A program made the translations under genes and the position numbers. A stretch of DNA of 63,126 nucleotides, filler included, from Porpidia crustulata (taxonomy: Eukaryota), in the NCBI GenBank assembly GCA_964255105.1. It is 4 parts of 4 records of this genome, joined end to end, with 100 filler letters (N's around TTAATTAATTAA, not from the genome) between each part and the next. Parts side by side here need not be neighbours in the genome. Positions count along the whole stretch, not along the records: positions 15,840 to 31,561 come from CAXUWE010000285.1; positions 31,662 to 47,345 come from CAXUWE010000286.1; 2 more parts are not named here. One strand, 5' to 3'. Positions 23,568 to 36,900 of the stretch are shown here, one piece after another. The first letter of the stretch is position 1. Each line of letters opens with the position of its first letter. The notes under the pieces are model-generated. The model saw nothing but the letters and a program-made list of their open reading frames with translations, searched no databases and had not been told where the DNA came from.

Positions 23568-26500
23568 GCCGGATTTTTCAGCGGAGTTTGGGGTTGTATA
23601 AAGAAAACGGGATTGTGTCATCATGGGGTCTGAGCAATGGCGCTGAGGAAGCCTGACGGCGACACTGAATTATGAGGTTTTCCTTTGTTTTTGTCTTTTG
23701 AATTCTTCAGGTCTGGCGTTCCTGTATTATGAGTGTGTTGATGACTATACTCTTTTTTCGAAGAAGCATTATTAGCCTGTAGATTAGAAATCAAAGAATC
23801 ATGCATCTTATCAATTCTGTTCCAGGTGATGATTTTGACTTTCTTCTAATGCGGCAGATACTATGCAGAGCCTGCGTCGCCTACTACATACATCACTTTT
23901 GGCATGCAGAACGAGCAAATACGACACAGTCCCAGATGATGCCATCATTTATCATTCCATTTTTGCCTATGGGGCCGACGGCAGGTAGATAGCGAACCCA
24001 ACATGGAAATCTAATTCATGAGTGGAAGGTGCACTTTACTACAAAACATTAGATTTATTTACATGTTCCTCTCATCGCCTCTGATACTGCCTTCGGTTTT
24101 ACCAACAGTACGCATGGGTTTATATGTACGGTTGCTCGCTTTGGTGCATTTTGCTCTTTAGTGTGAGCTGAGGTTTATAGTACTTGAAAATGTTAGGTAT
24201 CTGCGATAGGTATGTCGATGTTCTTCAATGTTGGTGTTGGGGGATGGTTGGCTGTTTGTGTAGTTCTGTGGATAGTGAAGATTGGTACTGGATAATGATG
24301 GATATATGCATTTTTATATTTTCTACTCGGTGTGTAAAGGGAAACAAGCAATTGATTTAATGGAAAAGTTTCAAGATGCAAGGTTAATGTCGACAGTTCA
24401 GCGATTAACGGTTCATACGAATTGGGGCAAATAAAAGAATACCTGATTTCGGACGGAAATCGTTCAGAGGGAGTGGGAAAGAGATTTAAAGGAAGAAACG
24501 AATCATCATTCGGCGACCTCCAGCTGAGCAGGGCTTAGGGGGTGCTCGACAGCTACGTAATTGGACCCTCTATCGCCTAGCAGACGTCAAAGCTCCGTCT
24601 GTCTATTTTCATACCAATGAGCTTTCGACAGCTGTGGTATTGTCGGGTGAGGCTCTTATTCCTATCTTTCCGCAAGTCGTCGGCACTATCTTGCAGCCGC
24701 AGTCGACCAGCTTGGTCGTAAAGCCTAGACCACGACTTCTAGTCTTGGTTGGACCCACTGATCAATTCGATCCGGTGCGGATCATGTACCTGCGTTTGAG
24801 GTTAGGACCCTTGAACGCCACATTTCAACGAGGCGTTTGTGGATGCTGTGGGAGCATGAGACAGGGGAAGTTTTGCTAGCCCAGAACGAGGAGAGGCAAG
24901 AGTGCCCGCAGAACCTTCTAACTTTTGCTAAGATCCGCCGCGTTTTTTTTTTTTCTGATGGGGCATCCAGTCTTCAGGGGCTGTGGGTGCTCTGGGCTCT
25001 ACAACGTGGGCTCTGTATCGAACTCACAAGTTGGAACGCCAGAGATTTTGCACCCCATGGACGGAAGGCGGTGAAGTTGGAGCCTCAGAGGTTGGACTCC
25101 GGCGTTGGTGCATCGCTAAAACAGATGATCATTGCACGGGCTGGCGGGCGCTATTGAATTGTGGCGTGCCAGCGATTGGGGGAGATTGAAAATGGCTTGG
25201 AAGGAACAATTACGGAGGACTCAGGAGTATGTTGTGCATGTTTGATGGGCTTGGCAAGCTCGAAACGGTAGCATCTGGTTGTTGGTGTCACGGATGAAAG
25301 ACTTTGTCTCCTGGTTTCACGATACGTGGCCTGGAGGAACGTTGGGAAGGAACAATTATCCGATGTGTTTGTTGATTCATGTACTCTATCTGAACATGAC
25401 TACTATGCTGACACAGACATACTCCGATACTCAAGCAGCAAACGCATTACCAGAGCATCACGAGTCACGGGAAAAGAGCGCTGGTCTCCCTGCTGGTCGC
25501 ATTCAGTAAATTGGCTGACCTACTCTATCGACGCCTCCCCCAGATCCCCCTATAAGGGAGCAGGCTAACAAATATTAATAGATTCATATCGTGTTGGTGT
25601 CTGGTGATTCTGATAGATTGACCCCAGACTTGAGCTATCGCAGACAAGGTAGTCTCTTGCCAATACTTTTTACGCTTTATGTTTCCCACCAAAAGCCACT
25701 TGATCGCCCATTGTTATCCATCCCGGCCTGGTACCACTGAGTATTTTGACAAATCTCCCCGCACCTTCAATTGCTTGACGAAAAGATGATCGACGGTCTA
25801 TTCTATCACAATCCCTTAGACTTCCCATAGTGTACCCTGATACCCATGGCTGCTCCAGTGGAAGAGCCCGATGGTTAGTCCTGGTAGATAGTTGGCGTTA
25901 GCAGGGTGATCTGCTGCTGTTGTAATTCGCCGAGCGTGGATATGCTGAAACAAGCCTGTTGATTGATCACTGCAAGGCCCATCTCCGTACTGTCTGCATT
26001 TGTCGTAGTACCTCTGACTACCGAGTGCTCTAAGCAGCATCCCCTAGAGTAGCCAGCAAATTAGGTGTAGACCTCAGCAATTGGCTGCACGAGAGTAACC
26101 AAAGGACTAAGGTAAGAAGATAATTGACAAGAATTACTCAATCATCACGATGTGACACACTCTACGTCCAAACCACCTTGACTGCGAAACACTCCTGCGG
26201 TCGTCCAAACTAATCATTCCTGTTCTTTGTATTCCAGATATCTTTATTGTGCATTTTTTCACACCCCGTGCGCCCTGCAAGGACACTGTGCGACCGACAC
26301 ACACCATTCTCTGTGGTCGGAACAAGGACCCTTTGCTTATCCCACTCTTCCCTTCAGCCCTCCCACCATACGCCATCCACTGGATTACCTCCGCTTGTCG
26401 CTGTCCTTCACTGCCTGTCACGCAGAGCGACGCAGAGCGGCTGCCATCGCGCTTTTGCCTAGATCGGGTCTTGAATCCTCCTGGTCGACAGGAGACGTGT

Positions 26501-26707
26501 TTCTGGGTCGCTCGTCTGCCGAGGGGTACCTGACTTGAACTCCTAGAACACTGTCCTAGTCCTACTGCTGGCTCGTTCTTAGTCCCTCTCTATGGCGACG
26601 TAGTGGAGGAGGCTCGTTGTCCCCCAACCTCGACAACCCTGGTCTGCACCCACAGTCTTTACCGTCGATGCCACTCCTCTCAGGTCGTCTACCACATCTA
26701 CGACAAC

Positions 26708-29700
26708 ATGGCGATGGATTCGTCAATGGGATACCCGGAGTCTCCTATGGAGCAAGATGACAATTCGTATCCGTGCAAAGGTTGCGGCGAGGTACAGCCC
26801 ACGCCACTCACTTACTCTTCAGCTTCACTGTCCCCCCCACTCTTGGTTCAGCCCCCATGACTAACGTTTCTCTGCGTGATGTAGATCTTGGAAGAAGGAA
26901 AAGCCTTCGAACTTGGTATGCTTTGTCAATCATGATTTCGTTGCGATGCCGTTATACTAAGTCTCTCCCAGCGGGCAATCGTTGGCATATCGACTGCTTC
27001 CGCTGCAATACCTGTGGCACCCTGCTCGACTCCGATGCAAATCTTCTTCTCCTCGGCGACGGGTCGCTCATCTGCAACAATTGTACATATAGTTGTAGTG
27101 CTTGCGGGAACAAGATCGAGGATCTTGCCATCCTGACGGGAGATCAAGCGTTCTGTGCAACGTGTTTTCGATGTCGGAACTGTAAAAAGAAGATTGAGAA
27201 TCTCAAGTATGCCAGAACCTCGCAGGGGATATTTTGCATGGAGTGTCATGAGTCGTTGATGCAAAGGCGACGAAAGAAGACCCAAAAGCACGGCATCAGT
27301 CGGCACAGGCATCGGGACCAGACGCCAAATAACAACACCATGCTGTTGGACAAGTCTTTGCCAAAGTTGCCACCGAGTGCCGTTGACCGCGCAGCCACAT
27401 TTTCGCCCGACGCAGAAAGCCTTCCATCGGACGGAACTTCAGACACGCCTACGGAACTACCTCGTATATCACAAAAGCCGCTGGGAAATTCGAGATCAAG
27501 TTCATATTCAACTCCTGCTCCGGACGTAATACCACGGCCTCCACACAAGCGACCGGCCAATTCTAGATCGAGTTCATCCAGAAGCACCAAACGCGAGAGA
27601 TCACCGCCTGCGCCTGGTGAAGATCAGAAAGGTATTAATACGTGCACTCCAACTGTCTAATATGTCTAACTTGTGATCTGCAGAGAATCTTGCCCTCCCT
27701 TCTACGACATACAGGAATCATCGGCATTCGGCCATTTCACAGCAATCTAATTTATCTAGCAATGGTGAAGAATCCTACATTCCTATGGCGCTTGATCTAG
27801 ATACCGCACCTGGTCCGTCGCCCATGGCTATAACCCAGGGTTTCGACATGCAAAGAGATGTCGTCAAGCCACAAATGACGGACGGTAAGCCAGGATCACG
27901 CGAGTATTTCGACGGCAAAGCCTCCAATTCTAACACTCGCAAAATACCCCGAACATTTGAGACCAATCACAATTCTCCGCCTTCAGGATCTCCACGGGGG
28001 TCACGGCACTCGTCACAGCCAAGCAGTCCTCATATAGCTTACCAAGAGATTGGCCGGGACCCAACTTTTGACGTGGCGGAGAGCGCGCGTAAGAGAAAGG
28101 ATCAGAGCGTGAATTCCATCGCTGCCATTGCTAATGATCTGCCAAGAGACGCTCTTGGCATTGAACAAGAAGTATACCCGAACAGCCAGAAACGGAACGA
28201 CCACTTTCTGCTGCAGGAGGTCCCTAAAAGTAAGAGAACTGGGGCTTCCGCGAGAAGCTCCAAGTCCGATGGAAATTCATCAATGCTCGATACCTCGATA
28301 AGCTCGTCCAAGTCCAAATCCGCCCCTGTTTCCGCCGTACCCCAGTCAATAGACCAACCGGTTCCTCTGCCGGCTAGTAATTCTCCGACCGCTGTACGAC
28401 AGGATACAAATGGCTCACCGCACACCACTCAGGATTCCAGAAGTAATGGTAGTAGCGCAATTAACTCCCCAAGCTCCTACTCGTCGCCCCTTAATACGCA
28501 ATTGCACAATTTGCCGCAGCGGCATGACTCGTTAGCTCGTAACGCGACAAGCAAAGAATCCAGTGGAAGAAGAGGAATGGGTCCGAACTCTGGAGGGAAA
28601 ATTCTGACCAATTTGAAGAACATTAACAGTGAAGATCAGCCACTATCGGCCCCACCAGCCATAGGCGCTCATTATTCTACAGCAACCGGTCAAACCGCTC
28701 ATGGGAACAAGGATAACTCAAGACCTATCGAGTCGCCATCTTCAGGCGGTACCACTGAAATTCCAGATGTGCCTCAGAGAGCCCGCGAACGCAACGTGGT
28801 TGCAGACAGTCCTACCGACTCTTTCGTGACACCGCGGCAGCCGCCTCGCCCGCCAGTGGGAACCCATAAGCCGCGGAATGAGTCGGTCAGTACACTCAAG
28901 TCCGACTCAACACGAAATGGAGACCAGCCTGTCTCTCCCCGGTTACCGCGCTATACTCCCGGAGGTGACCTTAATATGGAAGATGATATGACTCGCATCT
29001 TGGGCAACGAGGACCATCCGGAACATCCTTCTTTCCTCCATCGGCTGTCTAGCTCGGTCCATAAGAGAAGCTACAGTGATCGTGGAACCCGGCTATCTCG
29101 AGAACCTAAAGGATCAAAATCTCCACTAGTCGCTGCGCCATCCGCTGAATCTTTCCAACATGAGTTCAGTAGTCCAACGTCGTCGTCAACTGAGACTCGA
29201 GAGGAACTCAACTGGTACAAGAATGAAGTTCGCCGAGAGAAACAGAAAACAGCTGAGCGGGATCAACGGATCCAAGAACTTGAAGCTGCACTAGAAGCCA
29301 AGAACAGCATAAAGCAGATGAATTCGGAATTACGCGAGAAGCGCTCGACTATGGTGGTTCTCGACACACAGAAAGAAATTGTTGTTCGTGAGCTTGAGGT
29401 GTTGACCAAGCACCTAGAGTCGTCGCAGAAGAGTGGGGAACCTCTAGATATTGCGAATATGAGCAACATGGCCCTTCGAGATTTTGCCGCGGCCTTGCAG
29501 AAACTGAAGGATTCATTTGCGCCTCAGATCGAAGACTTGACACAGACGAAAAATGATCTCGCTGACCAAGTCGCGAATCTGACCCAACTCAGAGATAAAG
29601 TTCTCCAAGAATTTGAGCAGCTATCCTTGAAAAATGCTCAGGTCGCAGAACTCAATAACCACCTTGTTCATCAGATACAGGAAATGTACAAAGCCAACGC

Positions 29701-30915
29701 AACCGCCTCTTTCGAATATGCACAAACAGAACCTAAGCCAATGGACAATGGTGATACCCGGCGCTTGATTGCCGAATTTGCCATGAAAAGTGCCAACATA
29801 ATCCAAGAACAGGACGCTCAACCTGCGACTCTGGTTGCCCAGCCGCAGGTGATCAATATCAACAAGCCACCGAAGAAATTCAATTGGAAGAAAGGCGGTC
29901 AAACTGTTGCCAAGGGTGTCACTAAGGGCATAAAGGGGGCTTTCACGTCCAACGATCAAAACAAGTACCAACGTGATGGGCAATACCCGGAGAGTATGCC
30001 TTTTGGATCAACGTCGCAAATGCAGGACAATTCTGTTGGGGGTATGCTAAGGTCTCAGAGCAATGACGCGAAGGCTTTTGGGTTTTTTGGAGCCCCGAAA
30101 TCGAAAACTCAGTCCTCGAAGAGCGTAACTAATGGTAACGTGCATGCTGGCCGTAATGACGGCGCCTCGGGTATGATTCAAGCTCTTTTACTCCTTTCTA
30201 GTATTTCCCTCGACTAAAGCGGGATTAGTGTTATTCGGTACGGAGCTTGAGGAACGCGCGGAATACGAGAGGCAAGGAATACCCGGGGTAGTTATGCGCT
30301 GTATACAAGAAGTTGAGCTTAGAGGTAACGTATCACTTTCCTTATGAGGTGCTGCAGAACTGACAAGGGCGTTCAGGGATGGACATAGAAGGCATTTACC
30401 GCAAATCCGGCGGTAATTCCCAAATCAAAGCCATTCAGGAAGGGTTCGAGCGTAGCAATGATTTCGATATCTCTGACCCCGATCTTGATATCAATGCCGT
30501 CACTAGCACCTTGAAACAGTACTTTCGTAAACTCCCAACCCCGCTTATCACTTACGATGTCTACGACAAACTCCTTGAGTCAGCTTCTTCGCAGCCATCC
30601 GCCAGTCTTTCTCCCGTAGAGAGGGAGCAGCGTATCAAGACCATGCGCGCAGCAATCAATGAATTGCCAGGAAGACACCGAGACTGCCTAGAATTCTTGA
30701 TCTTCCACCTTGCGAGGGTGGTAGGAAGAGAGCGGGAGAATCTGATGACTAGCCTGAACGTGGCAGTGGTGTTTGCGCCAACCGTAATGAGGCCGGAGAC
30801 TGTGGAGAGAGAATTGATCGACATGACTGCGAAGAATATAGCCGTGCAGTTCTTGATCGAGAATTGCCATGGTGTATTCTTGGGGGGCAGAGGTGATGAC
30901 GGAAGTGAGCGTTAA
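26708..30915 (+). CDS. RGA1: LIM-domain Rho/Cdc42 GTPase-activating protein (Rga1/Rga2-like)
   Basis: N-terminal LIM pair (CKGCGE..LEEGKAFELAGNRWHIDCFRC; CSACGNKIEDLAILTGDQAFC), a central coiled coil and a C-terminal RhoGAP domain (EGIYRKSGG, LKQYFRKLP, NLMTSLNVAVVFAPT). About six introns. Confidence 0.92.
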
Positions 30916-31561
30916 ATGAGAAGAGAAGGATTACGATAGCTGGAGGAGATGTACGACTTCGCAGAACTATCCCAGTGTCAATGTTATCAATCCATCCACC
31001 GAGAGAATCGAATAACTCGCGCCGAATTCGAGGAACACGCTGGAACATGGTACCACCAGCTCTTTTCGTCACGAGAAAGGAGGATTCCTGTCACATTTGG
31101 ACGATTAATTGCCAATTTGAAAGAATACTTGTGCACTTCACACCGGTACATAGTGGATCTGTGTCCACATTCCGCTTAGGAACACATTCTTTTTCCAGGC
31201 TACGATAGTAAGAATACCGCCATCAAGGCTCTGCGTTTTTATTCATAAGAGGACAAAAATCAATTGACGGCTACCACAAAGATACTGAAGGTCATCTCTG
31301 CCAGCGACATCCACAGTCAAGATCAGATCAAGAGAATTTACCCGACGCTCCAGGCAGCTTTCCGCCATCGCTTTCCTTTCACTTCCCTTCTCGGGCACGA
31401 TACCCGCAACTGCAAACAACATGGACATCGTTGTCCCCATGTAACACCGAGGAAAAGAATACAAAGAGACGAGGCCACGACGACGAGGATCCAGATTTTT
31501 CCACTTTTCCATTTTTACAAACCATGTCATTGTCTGTCCGATTCATTCGTCCGGTATGGAC

Positions 31562-31661
31562 NNNNNNNNNNNNNNNNNNNNNNNNNNNNNNNNNNNNNNN
31601 NNNNNTTAATTAATTAANNNNNNNNNNNNNNNNNNNNNNNNNNNNNNNNNNNNNNNNNNNN
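31562..31661. other. Artificial contig-joining spacer
   Basis: N run with TTAATTAATTAA at 31606-31617. Confidence 0.98.
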
Positions 31662-31963
31662 TTGTAATTCAAAGCGCGCATTCAACCATCGAGATGCCCT
31701 GAGATTTTGGTTGAAATGCGGGTTTCATGGGCCTGAAATCAATGTTTGTGCTCTAAAATCCCCATCTTCCCCGATTGGGAAGGTGAATTGCTTTGTAATT
31801 CGCAAGGCCTAGCTTGCGGACATCGGGAATACTCGATTGCTCAGCCTTATTCGCTTTCTCACACCAGCGTTAGTCTCCATGTTTTCATGTGATCATCTTG
31901 CGCTTCAACGAAGCTGTCTTCGACATGGGTCCTCTCTGTTCCCATCGGTGAAGCAGGCAAGCC

Positions 31964-32487
31964 ATGGCTACCACGACCGCTCTCACTCACATCACTCACC
32001 CTCAGAATTCCATCACCGCCTGCCCCGAGCAAATACCAAAGCGAGTCATTTTACGACTGCGCGTGCAGGAGTTCGAGGGTGAGGGCCGCAGTTGGGACCA
32101 ATACGTGGACGCCACTGAGACCTATCTCATCTGGGCGGGACGGTCTCCTCGTGAATTCGACGGCGACTATCGTACCGGAAGACACTTCGCTCACGTTGAG
32201 CCTTTTCAAGATCCGGAACTAAATCAAACGACCTTTCACGTCGTTCTTGACATCGAACAACATTCGCGTCGCGAAGCCAGCTTGGAACATGTACCTCATT
32301 AGATTTATCGGGTGCGTCGGAACGAGAAGGGAGACTTGTCAGACACGATTTCCGCTTCGTTGCTCGCTCACGCTGAATATCTGATAGGCAAATTCGCGCA
32401 TTTCACAATCCTCAGGAGGCGGAACTTGTGATCAACAAAACACGCATGTTCACGGACTTTTTGTATCCATGGCCTGGCAAGAGATAG
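31964..32487 (+). pseudogene. Hypothetical protein gene with one in-frame TAG (32300-32302)
   Basis: The frame continues after the TAG (IYRVRRNEKGD). A plausible intron (GTCAGA...CTGATAG, about 32338-32387) is followed by LQIRAFHNPQEAELVINKTRMFTDFLYPWPGKR*. Confidence 0.5.
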
Positions 32488-32948
32488 CAGATGATCCGAT
32501 GGAATTCTCGTTCAGAGAATGTCACTACAACAATGAGTTGCCTCGAGCCTGAACTGTGGAACAAGGATCGCTTGTATGATCTTCTGTCACCCTCGAACGT
32601 GCGTATAGATAATCTTTCGCATTTCTGACGGCAATTCCAGAAACCCGGGCATGATCTCAAATTGATGCTCGTGAATAATAATGAGGAGATTTGGAATTCG
32701 ATGCACTGTATCCGCAAGTCCGTTCGGATTACACGGTTATTTAATAAATACTATCTCGTATTTTACTAACTCGTCTTATCATCTAGATACCGTACTAAAT
32801 CTGTAATTTATATTAAATTTGCAATGTGCAGAAGACAGATTGTTTTAGAATCAAAGTTTTTTCAATTATTACTCAGACGACACGAGTCTTGATATGGTCG
32901 TCCACTGACGCTACACAATGGGGAACCTCTTGTCGAAACCGACTTCGG

Positions 32949-33133
32949 TATCCCTTAAGCTGGTGATGAAGCAGCCACCAGGATGTTCGGCCACCTTACC
33001 TGTAAAGGTATGGACATGGAAATTTGTGAGGAGCTTAGTCATGGACTGTAGCCTGTATAGGTATAAATCATATCTTTGATGGGTATAGTGTCCGAATATC
33101 CTGGTGGCTGCTTTATCACCAGTTTAAGGGATA
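32949..33133. mobile_element. MITE of about 181 bp with about 50-bp terminal inverted repeats and TA flanks (Tc1/mariner type)
   Basis: Left arm TCCCTTAAGCTGGTGATGAAGCAGCCACCAGGATGTTCGG starts at 32951. The right arm reverse complement is TCCCTTAAACTGGTGATAAAGCAGCCACCAGGATATTCGG, ending at 33131. TA sits on both sides. Confidence 0.85.
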
Positions 33134-33284
33134 GGCCGCAACGCTGTTGCTTCCCCATGTTTCCTTTGAGTCTTTAAAATCTCGGACCTTTGCCTCATTG
33201 TTATCTACACTACGTCAGGCATGCATGCCGCAGGGGCTGTTGCGGGTACTGAAGCGAGTCAACAGATGCTTTCTAGGCTACAGC

Positions 33285-34079
33285 CTATTCCAGTACAACC
33301 GAATCCAATGCCGCCAAGAGTTCCAACGAGTCCTTAAACATCCTTGCCATCCAGCATCTCTCAACGATAGTACCAAGCCAGATATTCTGCGTATTGGGTA
33401 GGTCCTCTCTTCTGGGCCAAGCAGCTGTGGCTGGTCCGGTCGGCTGTCCTTTGAAAAGATCGAACTCGCACATCTGACCAGTGATGACCTCGTACATCAC
33501 GCTTCCGAACTGACCGATGTCGGTGTGGATCGAATAGCCTGTATCATCAACGGTCTGCATGTCGGTATCAAGCGGTAGCATGGAGGATTCGGTGAAATCC
33601 GAGAATTTGATGGAGAGGTCGGAAGAGAGTAAAAAGTTCCGGGTTGCGATGTCGGCGACGATGACCCTACGGTCGTGGATATGTGCAAGAGCGTGAGCCA
33701 TGTCCCGAAACCAGGCAAGCTGGACAGTCTTGTCGGGGCGGGATTTCGAAAGGTAATCGCGAAGATTTCCGTTCGTCATGAGTGTCATCTGTATGCCAAT
33801 ACTAGATAGGTTAAGGTAAGAGACAATACCCCGATGCTGACCCAAACGTTGATAAACCTCTTTCTCACGCTGAAGACATTCGTACGACATTTCAGCATCG
33901 GTATTAAGACGCTCGGCCCAAGCAGCACTACCTCCTCCAATGACACTGTATTTTAGCGGCAGCTTGATGGCCGTATTATCACGTTGGATGATCACACCCG
34001 CTCTGCCCGAGCCGAGAATATGATCTCGGAGCGGCGTTCCATCGGGTTGCAACAGAAGCAGTTGGTGAGATGAAGACAT
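33285..34079 (-). CDS. Intronless fungal protein kinase-like protein with a tyrosine-kinase-like catalytic loop
   Basis: Motifs LGSGRAGV, AIK, REKEVYQRLG, NGNLRDYL, HIHDRRVIVADIATRNFLL, KFSDFT and DIGQFGSVMYEVITG. Confidence 0.82.
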   Translation of the reverse strand: MSSSHQLLLLQPDGTPLRDHILGSGRAGVIIQRDNTAIKLPLKYSVIGGGSAAWAERLNTDAEMSYECLQREKEVYQRLGQHRGIVSYLNLSSIGIQMTLMTNGNLRDYLSKSRPDKTVQLAWFRDMAHALAHIHDRRVIVADIATRNFLLSSDLSIKFSDFTESSMLPLDTDMQTVDDTGYSIHTDIGQFGSVMYEVITGQMCEFDLFKGQPTGPATAAWPRREDLPNTQNIWLGTIVERCWMARMFKDSLELLAALDSVVLE

Positions 34080-36410
34080 TTCATTATAGTTTCCAGTTAG
34101 AGAGAACGGAGTCTGGTCGGGAACTGAACTTCAATACAGGCCTGACAAGGCGTGAACAGAAAGGACGGAACAAGAGTCCGAATGACAGATGAGGTACTAC
34201 CTTTGTAGGAGCAGTAAACACGAAAAACTTTCGGTGAAAAGAGCCAAGAAGGCGTGACCAAACCCCTGCATGCCCGGGAGAGGCACTAAGCGCCAACGCT
34301 TACTCCTGGTGGCGTTGTCGTCAGACTGCCACTCCCTCCACTACTTCCTGTTTCCTTCCCACTGTTGCTCGGTGGATTGGGGTTGTTTCGGTGGTTTGGA
34401 CTGTTCATCCTGCGGCGCGTAGAGCTCCCCTGAGAAGTCGGCGCTGATGACCTTCAGTATGCCAAATGATGACTGGTTGAGGGAGAATCTTACAGCGATG
34501 AATATGTTTCAAGCTCAGATTGGGTAGATGCCAAACCACTTTGCCAGTTCCTCATTGCTGAAATGGAGGACCTAGTTATATTTGACAGTTCGGTCGGATG
34601 CTTATTAAGTTTTCTATCTGATTTGGGGTGTACTGCGATACGATGCGATGAAGTGTGATGCGGTGGGAAATGACATGTCAGAGAAGGCAATCAAGCTTCA
34701 TTGGTCTCCGTCTACGGATCCGCATCAGATAACAAAACACGGGCCAACATGGCTGCTTTGGATGCCTGGCATGTCACCATTGCCTTTTTCATTGTTACGA
34801 TATGAACGGCTGGAAGATTGCAGACCTCACTGTTTCTTTCATCTAATTGCTTATAGTCTCGACCCTAAGCTACGGATATGGATCGATTCACAGGTACATC
34901 GTCTTCTACACCCAATGGGTGCTTTATGCTGTCATTGTTGTCTTCATCGCGCTGTCAGCACATTCGGGTGTTGTTGAAGCCTGTACCCAGTTTGCCCACA
35001 CCGAGACCTGCCTAGACCCAGACGGAAAACCGTGGAATATCATTGTCGATATCTCACCATTGCTTCTCTAGCTTTTCCCCAGTTTTACAGAAGTAGGCGA
35101 TATATCTCCCCCGATTTGAATCCAATTGGCTTTGGGTCTGATAAAGTTCTGCCGACCCGTTTTATTACCACTTTAAAATGGATGCGGTTGCTTGCTTGCT
35201 CTTCCAAATCTTCAAATACATTATATACACGTCTTTGATATTGACCGAAGATGATCGTTTCGCTCATCGACAGGTCGCTCCTTACGTTCACATTGTGGCG
35301 TCGGCTGTACTCATGACTGACGACGTGGCATTTCTGATGGCCTTTTGTCGGCTTCGGAGGCGTGGTGTCAAGGTGCTATTCACAGCCATCGCCAGCATAT
35401 ATTGTCTTCCGTTTCCGACCACTTCTGTGTCACGGGTGATCACAAGCAGTACGGTTATTAGGCCATTGTCAGCTGGGAGACCTTCTTTCTTGTAAGTCTA
35501 GGCGGCAAGAGGACTGTGCTGAAGTTCACATGCTGATGTAGACAGGTACATGTTCTCTTCGAAACGCTAGTAATGTCGGATAGACCAATTCGGTACTTGA
35601 ATGAGCATCGCAAGGAGCGCCATGCTCAGGGACTGATTAGGAAGAAAAGGAGCACAGGTGAACTGATATCGAGAACAGAGATCCCAAGCGAACATCCTGA
35701 ATGAACGGTTGAGTGCAGAAGCGTAACTGAAACAGATGATGATGAGGGCTCCATAGGCGCGGAAGAGTATGAATCTAGTTATGAACATCTCGGTTTTTAA
35801 TGAAAAAGAAAATAATCGCAAGACGCTGACGTTGCTTAACAAGGACGTCTCTCCAGGGAGGATTACTGCGGGTTTTAGACGAGGTAGTTTGAGACTTCCG
35901 TCATTCCAATTGTGTGCATCACCCGTCCATTCTGCGCCACGCGCATTGTGTATACCAAGCAGATCAGCTCCAAATGAATGTGCACTTGAACACAAGTTCT
36001 ATGCTCTTAACTCCCATGTTTATCCTTTCCAGGCGCGCCATGATCGTTTTCAATCTTATCCCGCAGAGTCGCGAGATGCTTCTTTATTGCCTTCTGAGCA
36101 GACTCGAGCTGCTCAAGCTTGGTGGCTTCAGCGTTGTGAAAATCCTGAAGCGCATCAAGGGCTTGTTGAATCTTCATGTGATTCTTAAAGAGATGGTTTT
36201 ACAAGCTACCGAAGGGTTCCATCACGCGTAGCTTTGTCTCTTACGGGTTTAACTGTCTCTCGATAACACGAGCCGGAGATCGACGAGCTCGAAGGTCACC
36301 CAGGAGGATCGAAGCGTTTGGATCGTCTTGGACCGGTACCTAGGAGGGACCAGTCTAGGCGAGGGGGGCGAAATCGTGGGATCCCTACCTTAACTCGAAT
36401 TCCTTAGGCG

Positions 36411-36900
36411 TTGCTCCTCCAAGAGGGGTCATCATGCACACGTTGCGGTGTACTTTCGGTGTCTGCGGGAGACGCTCGCTGCCGCTCCGGAACCGAAGAG
36501 GCCATTGTTGTCAGCCGTCCTTCGCAACGAGCCGGGTCGGTGGATCATCTCATCAACAACCGTGTCCGAAACGATGATTGCGTAGAACCGACCAAAGGAC
36601 CAGCTTTCCTTCCGCAGGTGGAGATTTGCGATCTCGTTCGCTACCTGGAGACGTCCTTTGGGGTGACTGCCGTAAGCGGCGCCATCGGAAGAATCTCTCG
36701 TTGCAAGCAAAGTTGGACGGAGGTGGAGTTGATGATTCGACGCAGTCCGCGGGATTTCAGTGTGAAGTGTGTGTGAAATGACCGAAGGAAATGGCAGATG
36801 GAGGCCACGTCCGCCTTGAATTAGTATTTGGGCATGTTGGAACGAAACGCTGCCGTTCTCGGCGTCCGGGTTGATGTGAGTTTCACACTTTCGGGCGCGG
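36411..36900 (+). mobile_element. Possible highly degraded Tc1/mariner transposase fragment
   Basis: EICDLVRYLETSFGVTAVS..ISR..SWT weakly resembles the HTH region of fungal Tc1-like transposases. No clear DDE motif or TIRs. Confidence 0.2.
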
